A stretch of 43,365 bases of DNA from Octopus bimaculoides (lineage: Eukaryota): assembly GCF_001194135.2 (NCBI RefSeq), contig NC_068998.1, forward strand, positions 14,766,104 to 14,809,468, in the 5' to 3' direction. This document shows positions 35,446-43,365 of the stretch, piece by piece. Within the stretch, counting starts at the first letter, position 1. Each line of letters starts with the position of its first letter. The notes under the pieces were generated by a model. That model did not search any database and was not told where the DNA came from. It saw nothing but the letters and a program-made list of their open reading frames with translations. The translations under genes were made by a program, and so were the position numbers.

Positions 35446-37329
35446 TAATTTCATCCGACTTCACAGAACCTATTGGTGTTACGGCATTTTGTCTTTCGAC
35501 AGCAGTTTATTAAATTTCTGCTATTTACACATTTGTATAGGTACCTATATTTCATATAAGTATTTAAATTAATTGAATATTTCTTTAATGCGAAGGACCA
35601 ACATTGGTTCGTGAAAATGTGTTATCTGAAAAAGCTTTCGAATCAAAGTTTCCAGAAAATTGTTGTTGTACTTATATGTTAAGGCAGTTTTGTTACGTAG
35701 AATTGTGAGAACATTGAACAAAGACTGGCAGTAATTTTGTTAGTGTTCGTTACACCATGGGTTCAAACCCCATGAACAGTAACTTTGGCATTCAGCTTTC
35801 CAGTGATAGTAACTAAGAATGACCGAGCGTTGAAGTTCGATTTAATTTACAAGAACCTCTTCCACAAATGTATGTCACTGTGTCAATGTTACAAATCCAT
35901 AGTGTATAATTTATCAGACATGTTACGATGGGAAATGTTCATTTATTTTGATATATTTTTGCTTGTATAGTTAAATCCCGATAGAATAATAAAGATGATT
36001 TGATCATCTATTTATCATCTCATATAGAACCATTAAACAATTGCTTAATTAAGTATAATTACTATATCATGTACACTGAGGAAAGTGTAAACGCAGCAAC
36101 AATGAATGGATGAACTGTTTACAGTATTTTCTCCTGCCCATTGATGTAAAATTTCCAGTGAGGATGATTTTGTCTTTCATTAGTAAAAGTTCCATATTGT
36201 ATGTACCTACAATATATTGACTTCATACCAATTACTACAGTTTTCATTCAAAACGCACTGTCACAGTTTGAGAAGTTATATGAATTTTAGTTTGGAATTT
36301 TAGTTCAACCTCAACTTGTTAGAAGTTGTATACAGATTTCCATTATATCCCACTTCTACCGCATTAAAGCAATGGATGATCACATTGAAACATCCATTAC
36401 CTCTAATATATCTAGTTATCTTTTAATTTTCGATTATAATTCATTTAAAGCTAGTCAAGAATGAGTTATCTGCTTTCTATTTTAAGTTAAAAGTTTTACA
36501 GAAAATTTGGGCATAAAAATATCGCATTCCAGTCACATAAATATCCGATGCAGTAAGATTATTTCAGAAAAATCAATACTTAATAACGATCCTCTTAGCT
36601 TTTAAGATATATTCAATTACAGTCACCTTTGTTTTACATTGTCAGTTTATGTTGTTATTTCGATATTTGACGCTGTAATTCAGCTCGAAATTACTGTCGA
36701 TCAATTCGATATATAATCGAAGTAATTAATGTCTGTGTTTCAGGTATGGTATAAATAGATTTACATTAGCCAAATGTAAAACAAAATATATAAAACGGAC
36801 GAATGGAAATATACTATGTACTTATATATACAGAAAACTTCGTATCAATACGTACTGTTAACTGCCCAAAATTATTCATTAACTTTACTTATTCCTTTGA
36901 AAAGAATTCTGTTATGTGCTTTCAAAAGAAACATTATTTTCCAGTTTTAGAAACGCTAAAAAATACAATCAGCATTTCTCGATTACTCTATCTAACATCT
37001 TAAAAAGCCAACACATTCAGAAGATTATTTACTAATGAAAATACTATTAGTATGATTCTTCACATATTTGCTATTTTCTGAACACTCCAAAACTATTAGA
37101 AAAATAACAGTATTGTGCAGAAAATAAATATTGCTGCTCAGTAATTCCAAACGAGACGTCGATAGTCACTAATACAACAATCGACTGCGCTACTGTATTG
37201 TATTATATGACTAAGTCGCTGGAATTAGTTATTTTACTCTCAAATGTAAACAGAATAATTTAGCGTTTCAAGTTCCACAAAGTAGAGAATTACCGAGTCG
37301 TAAGTGTGTTAGAGAGACCTCCACGTTGT

Positions 37330-37468
37330 ATTTTTTGCTTCATTTACGTTCTAATTTCAAATCTCACTGAGGTCGTTTGGGGTCGATAAAATAAGCACTA
37401 GCTAAGAATTGTGGTCAATGTAATCTAGAAGACCCTCTGACGAAATTTCAAGTCTTATGCCTGTAGAT
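37330..37468 (+). mobile_element. SINE family A, decayed, interrupted at its tail by a MITE
   Basis: tttacgttctaatttcaaatctcactgaggtcg...ggggtcgataaaataagcac. Confidence 0.75.
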
Positions 37469-37820
37469 TAATGGTTCTCAACTGGGTCTATATGGTCCAT
37501 GAAGGTCCATATAAGATTTTGAGGGGTCCACGTAACAAAATAGTAAATTGGGGATCCACAATAATATTTTAAAGGCCACTGAAAAAATTTTGCTTTAAAT
37601 GTATATTTTGCTACATATTGCAAGAAACAACTAGCATTTTACATAGCTCAACCTACACAAATTAACGTGTGAAAAACGAAATAGGAATTTTGAAAGACGT
37701 TTCTATAAAACAAGTTTTTAAACATCAAATGGCCAGAATGGCCAGATTTTAAACACCGAATGGCCAGAATAAAATAGTTATCAAAAGGATCCATCGACAA
37801 AAAATGGTTGAGAACCCCTA
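37469..37820 (+). mobile_element. hAT-type MITE (same family as 4736-5001)
   Basis: Ends taatggttctcaact / tggttgagaaccccta; 8-bp flanks ctgtagat / tggtagat (6/8). Confidence 0.75.
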
Positions 37821-37859
37821 TGGTAGATGATACGATTATTATTAATATTGTTGTTGATA

Positions 37860-37995
37860 AGGCAGTGAGCTTGCAGAATCTAAAAATGCTTAGCTGCATT
37901 TCGTCTGTTTATTTTCTGGTAGAGCAGAATGAAAGAGGAGAAGACAAATACTTTTTTTGTATGACCAAGCCCCTTATCAACATTTTCAAGTTTCA
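37860..37995 (+). mobile_element. SINE family A, internally deleted
   Basis: ggcagtgagcttgcagaatc...aaatgcttagctgcatttcgtctg. Confidence 0.6.
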
Positions 37996-38339
37996 CTTGT
38001 AAACGAAGGCGAGAGTAGAAAGGGGATGTGCTACCTCCCAGTAATTTTATTGAAATGTGGATGAATGCGTCAAAAATGATTCAAATTAAGCATGTGCCTA
38101 TAGACTGAAGAAGGCTTATGTGGAGAGGGCCCTTGCCCTAGTGTTCAGTGCGATCATGGTTTTGTGGTGTCTTCACAAGCAGCCCCAGGAAGTTTCCCGC
38201 TTTTGAGTAATTTTTCGTTGTTAAAATTTATATTGTTATCGTTTTTTTTTAATGTTCACACTCTTCAATTTATGTAACCCACGCATTATTTTTCTTGTAC
38301 CATCCCCAATGCTTTGTGTGAGCCCTGAATGACGAATAA

Positions 38340-39700
38340 ATAAAACACTAATATCATTATTCTTGGTGTGCTCGAAAGTTTTACATTCGGAATCAATGTC
38401 ATTGTTGCCGGGTCACAAACAGTTTCCTTTGACATCGAGGATTTTCTTACTATCTTTGTTGTTCCCAATTGAGCAAATATCTGAATTAATGAAAACTTTG
38501 TCAGTTACATCAATCTCAGTAACGGAACTGTTAAGTCTGATAGTGATACAACCTCAGGCACCTATAACAACTGGGAATATTTTTATAGAAAATCTCTACA
38601 GTCACTTTATTTCGCTTGCCAAATCCGGATAGTTTCCTATTTTCTCCTGTTCACCACCACATTCATATCCGTAGATATAGCCAAATCTATGATGATGCAA
38701 TCTGGTCGCAGGTTAATTTCGACTGAGGTATCAGTTTCAGTCTAATACTTAAGTTGAAATTTTCTGCTATTTCTTTCTCCATCAATTTATCCATTTCCAG
38801 TGGAAACAAGTGTTTGTTTCAGTTCTTGCAACCATTCAGCATCCTTCTTATGCTCCTTGTCTTTGTTCCAGATGTTACTTCAAAACATTTGACTTTCAAT
38901 ATTATCCGGTATCAACTTTTTCATCTGTACACTATCCATTTATTCCTTTGTAGAATCTTACCTGATCTATCCTTCAGTCTTTGATCGTATCTTACCATCT
39001 TTACTTTCTGTGCAACGAGGCGCTGTTTCAGTTCCTTCAGGCCCTATCTTTCAGGCCCTATCTTTCAATATTATACTTCCTGTTCAGTACCCTGTGTTTT
39101 TATTCGCTTCTAAGTCCCTACCCCTTTTCTTTTCGGTCTAACACAGAAATGTCATTCGAGAGCACATCTTTCCCCGCCTGTTTTCTTCTTTTCCACCATG
39201 GATCTTTTCTTTTGTGACTCCCATTATATTCCTTTTCTTGACACCAACGCCAACATTTTCTGCTACAACAGCACCCGCTTAACAATACTTAACTTGGTCA
39301 AAGAGTTTGTTTCTGTGATGTTTGTTCTGATGTTTTTCAGAATTTCATTCACATTTTTCCTTTCTTGGTTCAATTTCCACCTTTTTAAGTTTGCAAATTA
39401 TGTCGCTATCCTTTTCCTGTAGCCTTGCCTTTATTCCGTCGTAGATTGCCTTTAGCCCATCTATCATGTCACCATTAGCGTTATTGTCTACTTCCAAACC
39501 ATCTACATGTCTTTCATCGAGCAAGCTATCATTGTTCCTTTCCTGTTGTTTATTAGACATTTCACCTCTGTGTTCTGCTATGAGATTACTTTAATCTATA
39601 AGAACTGTATTTTCATCGTTTCCTCTGCTGTTGTTTTCCAACATCCATCTTTTGATAGCTTCGATCTCTACTTCTGTGAACCATCAATCAGAGCATAGGG
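38340..39700 (-). mobile_element. R4/Dong-like non-LTR retrotransposon remnant: N-terminal region joined to RLE and 3' UTR, RT domain absent
   Basis: Minus-strand motifs in order: WFTEVEIEAIKR, NVNEILKNIRTNITETN, AGAVVAE, KEKDPWWKRR, DISVLDRK, LNRKYNI, ELKQRLVAQK..RYDQR, DQVRFYKGING, IPDNIESQMF*SNIWNKDKEHKKDAEWLQELK, then directly NLRPDCIIIDLAI, EKIGNYPDLASEIK, FPVVIGA*G, QLGTTKIVRK. Confidence 0.88.
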
Positions 39701-39718
39701 AGATTTCAGCCGCTTCCT

Positions 39719-39895
<177 letters not shown>

Positions 39896-40274
39896 TTCAT
39901 TTGTTTTTACTACTACTTGGCATTGTTAATATTTCCTCTGATCCGGCAGGAGTTTTGGCTAAATTATTGTTATTATCATTATCACCATCATAATTATTTC
40001 CATTTATTATTAAAATGTTGTTTAGTTTCAACTTTTGTCTTGTACTTGAGACGAATCATAAACATGTGAGTGTTTCCGGGAATAGTAGGAGCAAGCGAGA
40101 CAGCTTGGTGAAGCGATTAAATTCCACAGCTCTGTAAATAGATTCGGCAGATGGTGAAGAGATCAGCAATGGGAATTCCTGTGAGATAAGGAGACAAAAG
40201 CTGCCTCACACCCTTGGAGTCAGCAGAGGCCAAATGTGTTTACTACTACTAGCAATTATTATTAATATTGTTAT

Positions 40275-40440
40275 TAAGTTCTGAGTTCAAATTCCACCGA
40301 CGCTGACTTTGCTGTTCATGCCGCGGAATCGATAGATTATGTACCTGTTGAGCACTAAGGTTGATCTAATCGACTAACTCTCTCTTTCTCTAAAGTTTCT
40401 GGCCCTATACCTGTATTAGAAAGAATTATTATTATTATTG
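40275..40440 (+). mobile_element. SINE family A, 5' truncated, (ATT)n tail
   Basis: gttctgagttcaaattccaccgacgctgactttgc...ttagaaagaattattattattatt. Confidence 0.85.
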
Positions 40441-41094
40441 TAGTCGTTATTATGATTCGTGCAAGGTTCTTGAAGGGTCGCACACAGCGTTTTTGTTTTC
40501 GAGAAGGAGAGGTAAGAGCAAAACTAATGATTAAAGACGAAAAAGAAAGGTACTTAATCCCCCCGACGCGAAACCATGGGCTTTAGAACACACAACAGAA
40601 GTAAAAATATTTCGGAAGTAAGCGTGATGACAGGTTAAAACTATTTCCCGGTGACCCTTCATCCTTAGATATTATTACATGAAGAAGCCATTATCTCGTT
40701 TGAAGAACAGACAAATTTATCAAAAATAACAATTGGTGTGTGATAAATTCTACTTATTCGTATGTCACTGATAACTTAGCCCGTACACTGTATATTACCA
40801 TTGGATAGATTTTTGCAGTATCCCTCGAAATATAACGACATTATTTGTGACACCATCTTCACTTCAACATCTTTCTTGGTGGTCGTCGGAGTGAATGAAT
40901 TACTTTTAACTATATTGTGAAATGAAATAATATTGTGCTTTCAAGTTAAAACGTCAATTTGCTTTACTTTCATAACTTGTTTTATATATATTTATATATT
41001 CCTCTTTGTTACATATTTTATTGTTGAGTTATGCAAGATTTTGTATTTTCTCTAGATTCCATTAAGATATTTTCTATTATTGCCTACGTCGCTT

Positions 41095-41412
41095 TGGCAC
41101 GAGGAACATACAAGTGAAGTTGAACATCTTATCTGGCCACCACAGTCCCCAGATCTCAATATTATTGAACATTTATAGTGCATTTTAGAAAAAACAAGTG
41201 TCAATATCCTCTACTATCATCGGTACAAAAACTGGACACTGTTTTAGCTGAAGAATGAACAAAAATTCCTTTGGACAAAATTCGAACTTTGTATGAGTCC
41301 ATACCTCGTAGAACTCTAGCTCTAATTACTGCCAAAGGCGGTCATACCCCCATATTAAGATATATTTGTTTGAAATTTTAAGGTGTTTCTATTATTTTGT
41401 CCAACCTTTGTA
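41095..41412 (+). mobile_element. Tc1-family transposon 3' end: transposase C-terminus, right TIR and TA
   Basis: WHEEHTSEVEHLIWPPQSPDLNIIEHL* (WPxQSPDLNxIE motif), LAEE*TKIPLDKIRTLYESIPRRTLALITAKGGHT; ggtgtttctattattttgtccaacctttg-TA at 41382-41412; no left TIR seen. Confidence 0.9.
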
Positions 41413-41449
41413 TTTGATAAAGGTTTGTTACTTGTTCTATCAACCTCTC

Positions 41450-41610
41450 TTGCTAAGCGGGTCAGTTATGGGGATGTAAACAAATCAACATCAAGTTGCA
41501 GACAGTGGTAGGGGCCAATAAACAGAGTTACACACATACACACACGCACATACAAACACACACACAGATTCAGTAGGGTATTTAAATACCACTTGCTATA
41601 ATCAGAGCTA
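41450..41610 (-). mobile_element. SINE family C, 3' fragment
   Basis: agttatggggatgtaaacaaatcaacatcaagttg...followed by a CA tract; decayed, assignment partly from recall. Confidence 0.45.
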
Positions 41611-42203
41611 TCGCTCCAAAACCACCATCAACTTACTATTAAGATACACGCGAGTAATGCATTGAACATAGGAGAAACAGGCTTACCTTGCGTGTAACAC
41701 AGTAAGGAATGTATATTTCAATATCAATTGATTTCACCCTCTGTATGACAAACATACTGTGGGATCATCAGTTGAAAATAACATTTTTAACATCTATTTC
41801 TGAAATATTCATCACATTACCTCGTGTGCATTCTTTACTCTAAACGTCCCCGCTACATTTAAAACAAAACTATCGTGGTAAACATTTTAAAACCGAGATT
41901 CAATTGTTGTACCAGTAGAGGTAATTATAAGACCAGAATTAAATTCGATTTAAAAACTAACGCTATCACCTTCAAATGATTACCAACGCAGGAAGCTTGT
42001 TTGAATTAGTTCACTTTGATAAAATCGTAAGTTAATGGACCTTTAAAGAAGTTGCAGCAACTAGGATGCATAATTGCATACAGAAGAATACGCAGTTGCT
42101 GCAGTAGAGGCATATATTGGTCATTGTTATATATGGTGTAGAAAACATTTTAATGAAAATGTTTTGGTTGTGAATAAATCTCCACTCTCTTCTTGGCTTT
42201 CAT

Positions 42204-42206
<3 letters not shown>

Positions 42207-42258
<52 letters not shown>

Positions 42259-42284
42259 TATACATATATATATATACATACATA
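42207..42284. repeat. (CA)n(TA)n microsatellite
   Basis: Direct reading. Confidence 0.97.
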
Positions 42285-42430
42285 CGACAGTTTCCGTCTA
42301 CCACATTCTAACACAAGGTGTTGGTCAACCAGGGACTATAATAGATGACATTCAGCCCAAGGCCGTAAGATACCGTGCAGTGAGACTGAAACAGTGGTTG
42401 AACATTTGACCCGCATATCAGTGCCCGTGC
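42285..42430 (-). mobile_element. SINE family C, decayed
   Basis: acgacagtttccgtctacca...cacaagg...gcccaagg...gcagtgagactgaa; minus strand has B-box-like ttcagtctcactgc and ccttgggc. Confidence 0.65.
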
Positions 42431-42445
42431 CAGTTTCCTTCATAC

Positions 42446-42570
42446 GGGGTCAATTTTTACTTTCACTTCCGCCGCCTCAATAAAATGAAACGTCAATCAA
42501 CTACGAGAGTCGATATAATCGACTAAGCTCGACACTGAAATATTGCTGGTATTGTTCTTAAATTAGAAAC
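42446..42570 (+). mobile_element. SINE family A, 3' half, decayed
   Basis: gtcaatttttactttcac...aataaaatg...gagtcgatataatcgacta...attgctggtattg. Confidence 0.6.
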
Positions 42571-43365
42571 TCATTAACTAATATGATAGGTTGGCATTAT
42601 CGCTATGAGAGTGTCGTAGAAAATGCATTGAGGTAATTGTTGAAATCAGTCTGAGGTCGATCTGGGTTATAATGTGTCACTGCGGGATCGATCCAATATA
42701 GTACAAGTTATATACTGAGATTGTTGTAACCGACAAGCCACCGCCACTCTCAAAATCGCTGGACTTGCACATAAGTAAGAAATTATTATAACGTACATTC
42801 ATTTTCATATTTAATCGATACTCTATGTTTACTCACGCTCTCTCTTTCTTTAATTATATTGATAAGCGATATCACCAATGCAACAATGACGGGCGATTTC
42901 GTTTAAGTATTTCGTTACAAACGGATGTGCGTGGAGGGAATGTGTTTGTGTGTGTGAGTGTGAGTGTGTGGATATTTATTCCAATGCCGCTGGGGAATGA
43001 GGAGTCTCATTGTGTTTTTCTCAGAAGGCAATCCTACAAATTCTATAGCTTTATTCGTAATATAAATTTCTTTGCTGATAGCAAATGAACAATTAGCTCA
43101 TAGTAAATGCCAAGTTGAATGAACTATTCAACATTGAAAATTATTAAAACACTCGCAGCCGATTTGAACAAATGATAGGCTCGGTTGTTTTAATTTCTGT
43201 AGACATTTTACTTAAGGTAAACCACAAGTGTCCACAATATTCTCGCGAGGTAAGTTATAAATTACCATAAGAGACTCAAATATGTACACTTCCTACATAT
43301 GTGTATGTGTGTGCGTCTGTATCTCTCTGCATATATATACATACATACATACATACATACATACA

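Noticed and set aside
36345-36410. 8-bp hairpin AATGGATG/CATCCATT
   Set aside because: Too short to exceed chance in 43 kb of AT-rich DNA.

Overview
AT-rich eukaryotic DNA with three assembly gaps (2427-3386, 13999-14430, 25582-25886), dense in microsatellites and old transposable-element fragments. I could not recognise any host protein-coding gene, rRNA, true tRNA or CRISPR array, so the window looks intergenic or intronic. The microsatellite load and the SINE families resemble a coleoid cephalopod (Octopus-like); this is inference from pattern recall, not a search. Supported content: (i) about 16 copies of one tRNA-derived SINE family, plus two or three other SINE-like families; (ii) three fragments of R4/Dong-type restriction-like-endonuclease (RLE) non-LTR retrotransposons, one of which lacks the whole RT domain; (iii) an RTE-type RT fragment; (iv) two or three decayed Penelope-like GIY-YIG ends; (v) a Tc1 transposase 3' end with its TIR; (vi) two hAT MITEs of one family with 8-bp TSDs and three foldback/MITE elements; (vii) a near-canonical minimal type I hammerhead ribozyme at 9733-9772 (-) and a palindrome built from hammerhead remnants at 15410-15522. 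Nearly all supplied ORFs are microsatellite or N-gap artefacts. The most interesting leads are the hammerhead motifs, the association of R4/Dong-like fragments with (TAA)n, the RT-less R4-like copy, a diverged ~340-bp triplication with splice-like motifs, and a left/right switch in retroelement orientation. All translations and alignments were done by eye; boundaries of decayed elements are approximate. I see no evidence for a wholly new multi-gene system.
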